DNA of 64,000 nt, from NCBI GenBank assembly GCA_963812155.1, contig CAWETW010000003.1:352001-416000 (forward strand). The letters are read 5' to 3'. The notes under the pieces are model-generated. The model was not told the DNA's origin and made no database searches. It saw only the letters and a program-made list of their open reading frames with translations. Below, piece by piece: positions 28,489 to 37,764 of the stretch (position 1 is its first letter; each line of letters opens with the position of its first letter). A program made the position numbers and the translations under genes. The stretch comes from Vulcanimicrobiota bacterium. GTDB taxonomy: Bacteria > Vulcanimicrobiota > Vulcanimicrobiia > Vulcanimicrobiales > Vulcanimicrobiaceae.

Positions 28489-29685
28489 TCAGACGCCGGC
28501 GGCTTGACGCAGCGGCTCGAGCGGCTCGAATTCTTGCGGCGGGATCATTCCCGTGTTCGCAATCTGCGCGATGAGGGCGGCGATCCGGCGCGAACTGCGG
28601 CGCGGCGCGACGATTTCTTGATTGTGGCGGATCGCGGCGAGGCGCTCGGGCATGCGAATCATCGAGCGCACGGCTTCGACGACCTGCGACGCTCCGCCGA
28701 TGGCGACCTCGCCGAGCCCGTTGTGACGAACGAAATCGAGGTTACCGCGTTCCTGTCCCGGCACGTAATCGTAGACGATGACCGGCAACTGTGCGGCGTT
28801 GGCTTCGGCCAGCGTGCCGGGCCCCGCTTTGGTGACGAGCAGATCGACGGCGCGAAAATACTCGGGAATCTTGTCGGTGAACCCGAGCACTTGCATCGGC
28901 GTCGGCAGACTCGCCGACATTTCGGCGAGCTTCTGCTGCAAATGTTCGTTGCGCCCGCAGACGACGACGAGATGCACCGGCAGCCGCGCGCGCGCCAGCG
29001 CGAGCGTCGTCGAGAGCAGTTTCCCGCCGCCCTCGCCGCCGGCCATGAGCATCACGACCATATCGTCGGCGGGCAGGCCGAGGGCGGCGCGTAATTCGGC
29101 AACCGTCCCGGTCACGTCGTCGAACTTCGGATGAATCGGATGTCCGAGCAGGCGCAGGCTCGCGGGCGGCACGCCGCGCGACAGCGCGCGCTGGAAGACC
29201 TCGCGCGCCGGCACGACGACCGCGTCGGCGTCGGCGACGAGCCACGATTCGTGGACCTTGCCGAGATCGGTGATGACGGTGACGATCGGCACGTGCTGCA
29301 TGTGCGCGTCGGCGCGCGCACGCAGCGCTGCGTGGTTGAGCAGCGGGTGGACCGAGACGATCACGTCGGGCTGATAGCTGATGAACAGATCGCGCAGCCG
29401 CTCGCGGTAGAGCGGCTCGCAGAAGCGAATCAGCGCCTTGTAGCGCCGGCGTCCGTTGGTTGCATAGTAGAGCGCGCCGTAGACCGGCGGCGCGTAGCGC
29501 AGCGCCATGCTATAGCCGAGCCCGAGTTGGGTGAGCGGGAAGGAGCAGTGGGCGGCAACGTCTTCGATCCGATGCGTAAAGGAGAAGGGCGTCGTGATCT
29601 CGTCGAGGGCGGCGGTAATCGCGTTGGCAGCGCTGCGGTGGCCGCCTCCGGTATCCGAGATCAAGAACATTGCCCGCTTGGTCAT
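28489..29685 (-). CDS. MGDG synthase/UgtP-like diacylglycerol glycosyltransferase (GT28)
   Basis: SDTGGGHRSAA, PDVIVSVHP, TVITD, MAGGEG, VTKAGPGT, PGQERGN. Confidence 0.9.
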   Translation of the reverse strand: MTKRAMFLISDTGGGHRSAANAITAALDEITTPFSFTHRIEDVAAHCSFPLTQLGLGYSMALRYAPPVYGALYYATNGRRRYKALIRFCEPLYRERLRDLFISYQPDVIVSVHPLLNHAALRARADAHMQHVPIVTVITDLGKVHESWLVADADAVVVPAREVFQRALSRGVPPASLRLLGHPIHPKFDDVTGTVAELRAALGLPADDMVVMLMAGGEGGGKLLSTTLALARARLPVHLVVVCGRNEHLQQKLAEMSASLPTPMQVLGFTDKIPEYFRAVDLLVTKAGPGTLAEANAAQLPVIVYDYVPGQERGNLDFVRHNGLGEVAIGGASQVVEAVRSMIRMPERLAAIRHNQEIVAPRRSSRRIAALIAQIANTGMIPPQEFEPLEPLRQAAGV

Positions 29686-29696
29686 TCGCTCTCCCG

Positions 29697-30236
29697 TCAG
29701 GCTCGAGCCGGCGTCGTCTGCGTACTCCCGCGCAGCGCCGCATTCCGCTTCCGACGGCTCGTCGGGGCCAGCCTGGCGATCAGCGCTCGTGCCGGAGCGT
29801 CGTAGAATCGGAAGATGTCGCCAAACTCGATATCGGGGTTTCGGTGATGGGCGTCGTGGTCCTCGGGAATCACGACTCCCAGGGGGCGCAGCACGGCACG
29901 CACCGCCGGCGGCGTCGTCCAACCGAGATCGGTGGTGTGCCGCCACCACACGTGGAGCTGGCCCAGCGCCAGGCCGCCTAGTGCTCCTTGCCAAGAGAGT
30001 CGCGACAGAACGGCTGCGGCGGCAAGATAGGGCAGCGCTCCCAAGGCGCCGTCGGCCAATACGCCGGGGTCGCGCGAGAGCACGGCGTGATCCCAATAGG
30101 AGCGCCGGCGGTCGTGATGCGTGCGCAGGTGCAGCGTGAACCATAGATGCTGAGGCACGTGATAGAAGAAGGTCGAAGCGAAGTCGCCTAGGACCAGCGT
30201 GGCGACGGCCGCCGCAACGATGAGCATGCAAAGCAC
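29697..30236 (-). CDS. Fatty-acid hydroxylase/sterol desaturase superfamily di-iron membrane enzyme
   Basis: His boxes HVPQH, HLRTHH, HVWWRH, HDAHH, followed by EFGDIFRFYD. Confidence 0.75.
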   Translation of the reverse strand: MLCMLIVAAAVATLVLGDFASTFFYHVPQHLWFTLHLRTHHDRRRSYWDHAVLSRDPGVLADGALGALPYLAAAAVLSRLSWQGALGGLALGQLHVWWRHTTDLGWTTPPAVRAVLRPLGVVIPEDHDAHHRNPDIEFGDIFRFYDAPARALIARLAPTSRRKRNAALRGSTQTTPARA

Positions 30237-30930
30237 CTCTCTAGAACGCAGTTATACCCACAATGCGCTTGCAAAGCGGGCGCTCCTATGTGCGGTTTTG
30301 TGGACGTGCGGGTGCTCGATGCCGCACCGCGCGATCACGGGTTTCTACGACAGACCTCGCTTGGCGAGGGCGCTCGACGACGCGTTGAGCCGGCCCTTTC
30401 CCGGCGGTTCCGGCGCGCTCGCCGGCGGCCGGCTTCTGCGCGACGGCCCGCCGGTGCGCCAGCCGGAGTTGGCGATCGCTCGCGCGATCCTCGCAACCAA
30501 TCCGCGGGTCGCCGAAGCGTACGCACTCCTGCTCGCCGTCGAAACGGCGAACGCCGCTCGCGCCGCCGCATTGCCGCCGGAGTTTTTGGCGGCGACGCTG
30601 CTGCAAGAGTCGGCGTACGACGATCAGGCGCTTTCGGCGGCCGGTGCCATCGGCATCGCGCAGTTCATGCCCGAGACGGCGGCCGGCATCGGCGTCGATC
30701 CGTACGATCCGTTTTCGGCGATCGGCGGAGCGGCGGCGCTGCTCGGGTCGTATGCAACCGCGTATCGCACGCGATACGCCGATCCGTATGCGGCTGCGCT
30801 GGCCGCCTACAATGCCGGTCCGCTGGCCGTCGAACGGTACGGTGGCGTGCCGCCCTACCGGGAAACGCGCGATTACGTCGCGCTCGTTTTCGATCGCTGG
30901 GCGCGCATCGTCTCGTACGAGCGTTCGTAG
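30199..30930 (+). CDS. Lytic transglycosylase (SLT domain); true start probably downstream of the ORF start
   Basis: LQESAY, GAIGIAQFMPETA, ALAAYNAG, GVPPYRETRDYV. Confidence 0.85.
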   Translation: MATAAATMSMQSTSLERSYTHNALAKRALLCAVLWTCGCSMPHRAITGFYDRPRLARALDDALSRPFPGGSGALAGGRLLRDGPPVRQPELAIARAILATNPRVAEAYALLLAVETANAARAAALPPEFLAATLLQESAYDDQALSAAGAIGIAQFMPETAAGIGVDPYDPFSAIGGAAALLGSYATAYRTRYADPYAAALAAYNAGPLAVERYGGVPPYRETRDYVALVFDRWARIVSYERS

Positions 30931-30992
30931 GTGCGTCCGCCCCGAGGTGGAAGCAGTTCCTCGCAAAATCGTCTGCCGCAGGAGGTCGTTCG

Positions 30993-31472
30993 ATGTCGCG
31001 GTCTTTTTCCGTTACGGTCGCCTTCGCAGCGCTGCTCGCCGTAAGCGGCTGTGGATTCAACAGCAGTCCCGCCGACAACATCACCTTCAAGGCACCGGCG
31101 GGCTGGCAGGCCTCACCCGGCATCATGGGCTTCATGCAGCTATGGAAAGCGCCCGGGGGCCGCGACGAAGTGCTGATGCTGTTTCGCTCGCCCAAGCAAA
31201 TCGCGACGAGCGACGTCATGAGCAGTGCCAATGTCAAGGACGCGCGCATAGAGTCCGAGCAGCGCGTCACGATCTGCGGCAACCAGTCCGCCGAATTCCT
31301 GAAGGCGCAAGGCAGCGCGCACGGCGTAGGGTCGAAAGCTGACAGCAGCAACGTCGAGACGATGGTCAGCAACACCGGCGGAGCGACCTACATGGCGATG
31401 TACGTCTATCCGATCGGCGGCGTGCCGAACGCCGAGGCCACCGCGGCACTGCGCGAGCTCTGCGCGAAATAG
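30993..31472 (+). CDS. Lipoprotein, unknown function
   Basis: AGGAGG RBS; lipobox VSGC. Confidence 0.75.
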   Translation: MSRSFSVTVAFAALLAVSGCGFNSSPADNITFKAPAGWQASPGIMGFMQLWKAPGGRDEVLMLFRSPKQIATSDVMSSANVKDARIESEQRVTICGNQSAEFLKAQGSAHGVGSKADSSNVETMVSNTGGATYMAMYVYPIGGVPNAEATAALRELCAK

Positions 31473-31500
31473 CGCGCACCGTCTGGCGTCGCGCCGGCCG

Positions 31501-32907
31501 ATGAGCGTTCTCAAGCAGCTTTTCGCCAGACAGCCGCTCGGCTGGACGGCATCCGAGCACGAAGGGCCGGCGCTGCGACGGGTTCTCGGGTGGCCCGCGC
31601 TCACGGCGATTGGTCTGGGCACGATGCTGGGCGGCATCTTTCCGACCATCGGCGCGGGTGCGCACGCGGCCGGTCCGGGCGTCATCCTGGCGTACGTCGC
31701 TTCCGGTTTAGTGAGCCTGTGCGTCGCGCTCTGCTACGCGGAGTTCGCCTCAATGGTGCCCGTCGCCGGAAGCGCCTATACGTACGCGTACGCAACACTC
31801 GGCGAACTCGTGGCGTGGGTCATCGGCTGGGACTTGATTCTCGAGTACGGCCTCTCGCTGGCGCCGACGGCGTCCTCGCTTTCCGATTACTTTCAGCACA
31901 TGCTGGCCAACGTCGGAATCGTGTTTCCGTCGTGGGCGCAGACCGCTAACATCGGCGGCGCACATCCGCAGATCGACGTCTTCGCCGCGCTGGTGACGCT
32001 GCTGGTCACGGCGCTGGTCGCCATCGGCATTCGTGAGTCCGCAAGCGTCAACGGTGCGCTGGTCGTGGTGCAGATCGTTTCGATGATCGTCTTCATCGCG
32101 GTCGTCGCGCACGCGGTGACGCCGGCAAACCTGCATCCGCTGGCTCCGTTCGGCTATCACGGCATCCTCGCGAGCACCGCGCTGGTCTTTTTTGCCTACA
32201 TCGGCTTCGATACCGTGACGGTCGCGTCGGAAGAGTCGAAACGTCCCGAACGCGACGTGCCGATCGGCATCATTCTCGCGCTGACGCTCGGCGGAATTCT
32301 GTACGTCGGATTGACGATCTGCACGGTGGGCGTGATGCGGTGGGATCGTCTTTCGGACGGCGCGGCAATGCTCGACGCGCTCGGTGCGGTGACGAAGAAT
32401 CACGCGTACTACTGGATCGTCGCGGCCGGCGGGATCGCGGGCAATGCGACCGTCATGCTGACGTCGCTATTGGGACAAGTGCGCATCTTCTACGTCATGG
32501 CGCGGGATCGCATGCTGCCGCCCGGCGTCGCGCGCGTCCATCGCGTCTTCCGCACGCCGGCGCGCATGACGGCGATCACGGGCGTCCTCGTCGCGGTGTT
32601 CGCCGCCGTCTTTCCGTTGAACGAACTGCTGAAGCTGGTCAACGTCGGAACGCTCGCGGCGTTCGCGATCGTGTGCGCCGGCGTGCTCGTGCTGCGCCTG
32701 GTCAACCCGGGCGCGCACCGGCCGTTTCGCGCGCCGCTGCTTCCGTTGTTTTCCGTCGCCGGAACGGGGGCGTGTCTCTACCTGATCACCGGTCTCAATC
32801 TCGATACGTGGAAGCGCTACGCGATCTGGTTCGTCGTGGGGATCCTCGTCTACGCGCTCTACGGGTTCAGGAATAGCCGCTTGCGGGTGAATTTACCTCA
32901 GCCCTGA
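31501..32907 (+). CDS. APC family amino acid permease
   Basis: ALCYAEFASMVPVAGSAYTY, GWDLILEY, FFAYIGFD; about 12 TM helices. Confidence 0.93.
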   Translation: MSVLKQLFARQPLGWTASEHEGPALRRVLGWPALTAIGLGTMLGGIFPTIGAGAHAAGPGVILAYVASGLVSLCVALCYAEFASMVPVAGSAYTYAYATLGELVAWVIGWDLILEYGLSLAPTASSLSDYFQHMLANVGIVFPSWAQTANIGGAHPQIDVFAALVTLLVTALVAIGIRESASVNGALVVVQIVSMIVFIAVVAHAVTPANLHPLAPFGYHGILASTALVFFAYIGFDTVTVASEESKRPERDVPIGIILALTLGGILYVGLTICTVGVMRWDRLSDGAAMLDALGAVTKNHAYYWIVAAGGIAGNATVMLTSLLGQVRIFYVMARDRMLPPGVARVHRVFRTPARMTAITGVLVAVFAAVFPLNELLKLVNVGTLAAFAIVCAGVLVLRLVNPGAHRPFRAPLLPLFSVAGTGACLYLITGLNLDTWKRYAIWFVVGILVYALYGFRNSRLRVNLPQP

Positions 32908-32935
32908 AACCGAAGGATTGCCGCAGGCGTTGGGG

Positions 32936-32957
32936 TGGTATAATCCGCCGACGGAGG
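32936..32957 (+). promoter_or_regulatory. Extended -10 promoter and RBS of egtD
   Basis: TGgTATAAT at 32936-32944; GGAGG at 32953-32957. Confidence 0.6.
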
Positions 32958-32961
32958 TCCC

Positions 32962-33963
32962 ATGCAGAGTCCCGATACCGCGGTCGCCGATCGCTTCCAA
33001 CTCATCGAGGTTCCGCGTGGAAGCGGCGTCGCATCGTTTGCCGACGACGTGCGCGCGGGCTTGAGCGCTCCGTCGAAGCACCTTCCCTCGAAGTACCTCT
33101 ACGACCGCGTCGGGTCGGCACTCTTCGACGCGATCATGCACCTTCCGGAATATTACCTCTCGAACGCCGAAACCGAGATCCTCCGCGAGAGCGGCTGGGA
33201 GATCGTGCGCGTGCTCGACGAGCCGATCGACTTCCTCGAACTGGGCAGCGGCAGCGCCGTCAAGACGCGCCTGCTGATCGCCGAGGCGCTGCGCGTGCAG
33301 GGACGATTGCGCTATAGTCCGATCGACATCTCGATCGAAGCGCTGAGCGCGTCGTCGCTCGCATTGGTCGAATCGTTTCAGGGACTTTCGGTGCGCGCGT
33401 ACGCCGGCGATTATTTCGACGTGCTTGCGTCGCGCGCGCTCCGTTTCGATCGGCGGATGCTGGCAATGTACATGGGCTCGAATATCGGCAACTACGAACC
33501 AGCGCAAGCGCGGCGCCTGTTAAAACTGCTGGCGGCCGCGTTGCGTCCGGGAGACGGGCTGCTGCTCGGCACCGATCTCAAGAAAGATCGCGCGACCCTG
33601 GAGGCCGCGTACGACGATCCGGTCGGCGTGACCGCGGCGTTCAACAAGAATTTGCTCGAGCGCATGAATAACGAGCTGGGTGCCGGCTTCGACGCGCGCG
33701 ACTTCACGCACGTCGCCTACTACGACGAGACCCGCGGAAGCGTCGACTCGTTTCTCGAGGCGCGCCGGCCATGCGAAGTCGCCATCGAGTCGCTCGGGAT
33801 GCACGTCGCATTTGCCGAAGGCGAACGCATTCACACCGAATCGTCGTACAAGTTCTCGGACCGCGACGTCGCCGAACTCGGCGCGGCGAGCGGCTTCCGG
33901 CTGGCATCCACGTGGCACGATCGCGCGCACCGCTTCAGCGTGCACCTGCTCGTCCGCGCGTAG
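32962..33963 (+). CDS. egtD: L-histidine N-alpha-methyltransferase
   Basis: KHLPSKYLYD..GSALF, LPEYY, ELGSGSAVKT, GSNIGN, AYDDPVGVTAAFNKN, IHTESSYKF. Confidence 0.92.
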   Translation: MQSPDTAVADRFQLIEVPRGSGVASFADDVRAGLSAPSKHLPSKYLYDRVGSALFDAIMHLPEYYLSNAETEILRESGWEIVRVLDEPIDFLELGSGSAVKTRLLIAEALRVQGRLRYSPIDISIEALSASSLALVESFQGLSVRAYAGDYFDVLASRALRFDRRMLAMYMGSNIGNYEPAQARRLLKLLAAALRPGDGLLLGTDLKKDRATLEAAYDDPVGVTAAFNKNLLERMNNELGAGFDARDFTHVAYYDETRGSVDSFLEARRPCEVAIESLGMHVAFAEGERIHTESSYKFSDRDVAELGAASGFRLASTWHDRAHRFSVHLLVRA

Positions 33964-34901
33964 ACGCGAGCGTCGTCCCGGCCGGACCCGACGCGGCCAC
34001 GGTCGACGTCGACGGCCGCGCGGTCGCGCTGACGAACCTCAACAAAACGTTCTTTCCCGCGCTCGCGCTGAACAAGGGCGACTTGCTGCGTTACTACGAG
34101 CGCATCGCTCCCGCCGTGATTCCGCACGTCGCCGGTAAGGCGATGGTGATGAAGCGGTATCCGCACGGCGCAACCGGCGACTTTTTCTTCATGAAACGCG
34201 CGCCGTCGCCGCGGCCGCCATGGATTCGCACCTGTGCGGTCGAGCATCGCTCGGGCAACGTCATCGATTTTCCGGTGATCGACGATCTCGCCTCGCTCTT
34301 ATGGCTCGTGAATCTGGGGTGCATCGATCTCAACCCGTGGTATGCGCCCTGCGACGACGTCAACCGGCCGGACTATCTGCACCTCGATCTCGATCCGTTC
34401 GACGCGCCGTTCGAAGCCGTCGCCGAGGCAGCGCTCATCGTGCGCGACGTCTTCACGTCGGTCGGCATGACGCCGTACGTCAAGACGACCGGCAGCAAAG
34501 GCATGCACGTGTACGTCGCGATCCGGCGCGGACCGACGCAGCACGAAGTGTGGGAGATCGCCAAGGCGCTTTCGCACGCCATCGCAAAGGCGCATCCCGA
34601 TCTGCTCATCGTGGAGTATCGCGTTGCGAAACGGCCGCACGGCCGGGTGCTCCTCGACTACAATCAAAATGCTTTCGGGCGCACGCTGGCATCGATCTAT
34701 TCCGTTCGCCCGAACGAAGCGGCGATGGTGTCGGCGCCGGTTTCGTGGGAGGAGGTCGAAGGCGGCTGCCGGCCCGAGGATTTCACGATGCTCGACGTGC
34801 CCGAGCGCATCGAGCGGCTCGGCGATCTGTGGGCGCCGCTGCTGCGCAAGACGGGGCGCTTCGATCTCGCACGCCTCACCGGTGTGCCGAAGGCGCGGTA
34901 G
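33912..34901 (+). CDS. Stand-alone LigD-type primase-polymerase (Prim-PolC-like)
   Basis: KRYPHG..FFMKR, LDLDP, KTTGSKGMHVYV, LDYNQNAFGRT..YSVRP, VSAPVSWEE; start inferred at GTG 33912. Confidence 0.88.
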   Translation: MARSRAPLQRAPARPRVDASVVPAGPDAATVDVDGRAVALTNLNKTFFPALALNKGDLLRYYERIAPAVIPHVAGKAMVMKRYPHGATGDFFFMKRAPSPRPPWIRTCAVEHRSGNVIDFPVIDDLASLLWLVNLGCIDLNPWYAPCDDVNRPDYLHLDLDPFDAPFEAVAEAALIVRDVFTSVGMTPYVKTTGSKGMHVYVAIRRGPTQHEVWEIAKALSHAIAKAHPDLLIVEYRVAKRPHGRVLLDYNQNAFGRTLASIYSVRPNEAAMVSAPVSWEEVEGGCRPEDFTMLDVPERIERLGDLWAPLLRKTGRFDLARLTGVPKAR

Positions 34902-34909
34902 GGAGGCTC

Positions 34910-35923
34910 GTGCGGTTTGCCGATCTGCCGTTGCGGCCGCCGATCGAGCCGATGAAGTCGCGCCAGGTTGCGGCGATTCCGCTCGGCGAGCCCTGGCTCT
35001 ACGAACCGAAGTGGGATGGATTCCGCTGCGTCGCATTCCGCAGCGGAGACGACGTCGAGTTGGAATCGAAGTCGGGGCAGTCACTCACGCGTTACTTTCC
35101 CGAGATCGTCGCGGCGCTGCTCGAGATTCGTGCGCACCGGTTCGCAATCGACGGCGAACTCTTCATCGAATCGGGTGGCGGCTTCGATTTCGACGCACTG
35201 CTTCAACGCATTCATCCGGCGGCCAGCCGCGTTGCGCGTCTCGCGCAGGAGACGCCGGCGAAGTACGCGGTTTTCGATATTCTCGTCGACCAGGAAAAGC
35301 ATGCGCTCTACGAGCAGCCTCTCGCGGCCCGGCGGAGCGCGCTCGAAGCGTTCGCCGAAACGAATTTTCGCAAGGGAACTCTGCTGGTCGTGTCGCCGGC
35401 GACGAGCGATGCGGCGTTGGCGCGCGCGTGGCTCGCGGGCGATGCGGCGCGCCTCGACGGCGTCATCGCGAAGCGTCTCGATCTCGCCTACGATTTCGGC
35501 GGACGCGACGCGGTCGTCAAAATCAAGCGGCGTTACACGGCCGATTGCGTCGTCGGCGGATTCCGGCGCACCAGTGACGGAAAAGTGGCATCGTTGCTGC
35601 TCGGACTCTACGACGGCACGGCCCTCGATCACGTCGGCTTCGTCGGCAGCATGAGCGCGCAGCAGCGTGAACGCGCCGCCGAATTCCTGGAACCGATCGT
35701 CGAGCCGCCGGGATTTACCGGGGTCGCGCCGGGCGGCCCGAGCCGCTGGCGCAAAGGCGATGCCGAGTCGGAATGGTTTCCGGTACGCCCGTCGGTCGTG
35801 GTCGAGGTGGCGTTCGATCACGTCACCGGCCGGCGCTTCCGGCACGGAGCAAAACTTTTGCGCTGGCGTCCCGACAAAGCGCCGCGCGAGTGCACGATCG
35901 ATCAGTTACTGGAGCCGGCGTAG
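34910..35923 (+). CDS. ATP-dependent DNA ligase (LigC-like)
   Basis: YEPKWDGFR, LTRYFPE, LLQRIHPAASR, DGVIAKR, SLLLGLY, WRPDK; GGAGG RBS. Confidence 0.92.
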   Translation: MRFADLPLRPPIEPMKSRQVAAIPLGEPWLYEPKWDGFRCVAFRSGDDVELESKSGQSLTRYFPEIVAALLEIRAHRFAIDGELFIESGGGFDFDALLQRIHPAASRVARLAQETPAKYAVFDILVDQEKHALYEQPLAARRSALEAFAETNFRKGTLLVVSPATSDAALARAWLAGDAARLDGVIAKRLDLAYDFGGRDAVVKIKRRYTADCVVGGFRRTSDGKVASLLLGLYDGTALDHVGFVGSMSAQQRERAAEFLEPIVEPPGFTGVAPGGPSRWRKGDAESEWFPVRPSVVVEVAFDHVTGRRFRHGAKLLRWRPDKAPRECTIDQLLEPA

Positions 35924-36064
35924 CTCGAACGGGTGACTCCCGATGCAAGCGAGGAGCCGACCGTGCTTGAATTGCCTGCTTGAGGTGACAGGGACGCAGG
36001 CGGGAGGCGCCAAACTAAAGGCGCTTTGCTACCCCCAACTCATATATTGAGGAGTCTTAACGCG

Positions 36065-37024
36065 ATGGATAAGCTTTCGCGGCTCGTCGGTATTGCTGCG
36101 TGCGTTTCGGCGCTCGCAGCTGCGGGATGTGCGTCGAACTCCGGCGTCACCCCCACTTCCGGCTCGCCGATGTCCCTTCAACAGCAATCCGCTACAAGCG
36201 GCGGCTGGGTTCACGACGGCGGCGTGACCTATCACGTGCCCCATTACATGGCGACCCGCTACTCGGCCCGCCAAGACGCGAAGCCGAACATCCTACTGGC
36301 TTACGGCAACGGCCCCGTGCTCGTCGCTCCGAAGATGTATCTGATCTTCTGGGGCTTCACAGCGAACGGCGACCCGAACAAAGTGAAGCCGCTTCTGAAG
36401 AACTACGCGAAGAATATCGGCGCCACGGCGTACGACAACATCTACACCCAGTACTATCAAATCGTGAGCGGCGTCACGACGAACATCACCAACCCGCGCA
36501 ACCAGGGCAACAAGACGACATTCTGGGCCGATAATACGAACGCGATTCCGGCGCACCCGACGGATGCGCAGGTTGCCTCCGAGGCGCTCCAGGGCGTCAA
36601 TCATTTCGGCTACGATCCGAACGGCTCGTACGTCGTCGTGACCGCCCACAACCACAGCTCGTCGGGCTTCGGCACGCAGTACTGCGCTTACCACAGCGCC
36701 ACGACGTCGGGCGGCAAGCTGGTTTCGTACACGAACCTGCCGTACATTCCGGACGCCGGACCGAACTGCGGCGCGAACTACATCAGCCCGCCGACGGACG
36801 AGACGGGCGCCGATGAAGGCGTGACGATCGTCGAAGGCCACGAGTACGGCGAATCGGTCACCGATCCGAACCCGCCGAGCGGCTGGTACAACAACCAAAA
36901 TGGCGAAATCGGCGACATCTGCGCGTGGGGAACCCACATTGCAAACGATCCGTACAATGCCAAGACCTACACGGCGCAGTCCATGTTCAGCAACGCGACC
37001 CAGTCCTGCGTTCACTCCTACTAA
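36065..37024 (+). CDS. Lipoprotein with PHI-1/EXORDIUM-like domain
   Basis: Lipobox AAGC; YGNGPVL, YCAYHS, HEYGESVTDP..GWY..GEIGDIC; GAGGAG RBS. Confidence 0.7.
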   Translation: MDKLSRLVGIAACVSALAAAGCASNSGVTPTSGSPMSLQQQSATSGGWVHDGGVTYHVPHYMATRYSARQDAKPNILLAYGNGPVLVAPKMYLIFWGFTANGDPNKVKPLLKNYAKNIGATAYDNIYTQYYQIVSGVTTNITNPRNQGNKTTFWADNTNAIPAHPTDAQVASEALQGVNHFGYDPNGSYVVVTAHNHSSSGFGTQYCAYHSATTSGGKLVSYTNLPYIPDAGPNCGANYISPPTDETGADEGVTIVEGHEYGESVTDPNPPSGWYNNQNGEIGDICAWGTHIANDPYNAKTYTAQSMFSNATQSCVHSY

Positions 37025-37051
37025 ACGCGCGTCAACGTTCGCATCAACTCG

Positions 37052-37083
37052 AAGGGACCGGCTTGCGCCGGTCCCTTTTCTTA
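37052..37083 (+). terminator. Intrinsic terminator
   Basis: AAGGGACCGGC-TTGC-GCCGGTCCCTT followed by a T-rich tail. Confidence 0.8.
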
Positions 37084-37125
37084 TGTCATCCTGAGCGGAG
37101 GCGCGCAGCGCCGCAGTCGAAGGAC
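37084..37125 (+). repeat. Dispersed palindromic (REP-like) element, copy 1
   Basis: TGTCATCCTGAGCGGAG-GCGC-GCA-GCGCC-GCAGTCGAAGGAC. Confidence 0.85.
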
Positions 37126-37133
37126 GACGTGAG

Positions 37134-37757
37134 TCACGACGACATCGCGCGACGGGCGCGCCGCTCGGCGAGGCGCAGCAGCGCGTCGACGGCTATCGCC
37201 AGCGCCGAGGCTGCGAGACTGCCGGCCACGATCATCTCGGGTTGATGCAACGTCAACCCGTTGAAGACCAGCACGCCCAGTCCGCTACCGCCGACGTAAC
37301 CGCCGAGCGTCGCAATCGCGATCGCGGCGATCGCCGCCACCCGGACGCCGCCCAGCATGACGGGAAGCGCCTGCGGAAACTCAACGCGCCACAAAATCTG
37401 GCGCGGCGACATGCCGATTCCGCGTGCGGCATCCACTTGCGCCCGGTCGACGCCGTTGATGCCGGCGACGACGCTGCGCGCCAGCATGAACTGCGCGTAG
37501 GCAACGAGCGCAACGAAGATCGGCGCGAAACCTAAGCCGAAAAGTTGAACGAGGACCGCCAGCAGCGCGAGGCTTGGAATCGTGTAGAGCGCGCCGAGGA
37601 TGCCGAGCACCCAACTCGAGATGTGCGGGCGGCGCGCGGCGTAGACGCCCAGCGGAACGGCAACGAGCAGCGCCACCGCGAGCGCCGCCGCCACGATTTC
37701 GAGGTGCGCCGCCGTCAGCAACGCGAGTTTTCCCGGATGCGCGAGCGCGTACCCCAT
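37134..37757 (-). CDS. Osmoprotectant ABC transporter permease
   Basis: YTIPSLALLA, DAARGIGMSPRQILWRVEFPQA, ATLGGYVGGSGLG. Confidence 0.88.
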   Translation of the reverse strand: MGYALAHPGKLALLTAAHLEIVAAALAVALLVAVPLGVYAARRPHISSWVLGILGALYTIPSLALLAVLVQLFGLGFAPIFVALVAYAQFMLARSVVAGINGVDRAQVDAARGIGMSPRQILWRVEFPQALPVMLGGVRVAAIAAIAIATLGGYVGGSGLGVLVFNGLTLHQPEMIVAGSLAASALAIAVDALLRLAERRARRAMSS

Positions 37758-37764
37758 GCGGCCG

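Noticed and set aside
35924..36064. Riboswitch (c-di-GMP-like GGGACGCA) upstream of the PHI-1-like gene
   Set aside because: Only short stems; the GCAAA/GAAA core elements are missing. An Rfam scan would settle it
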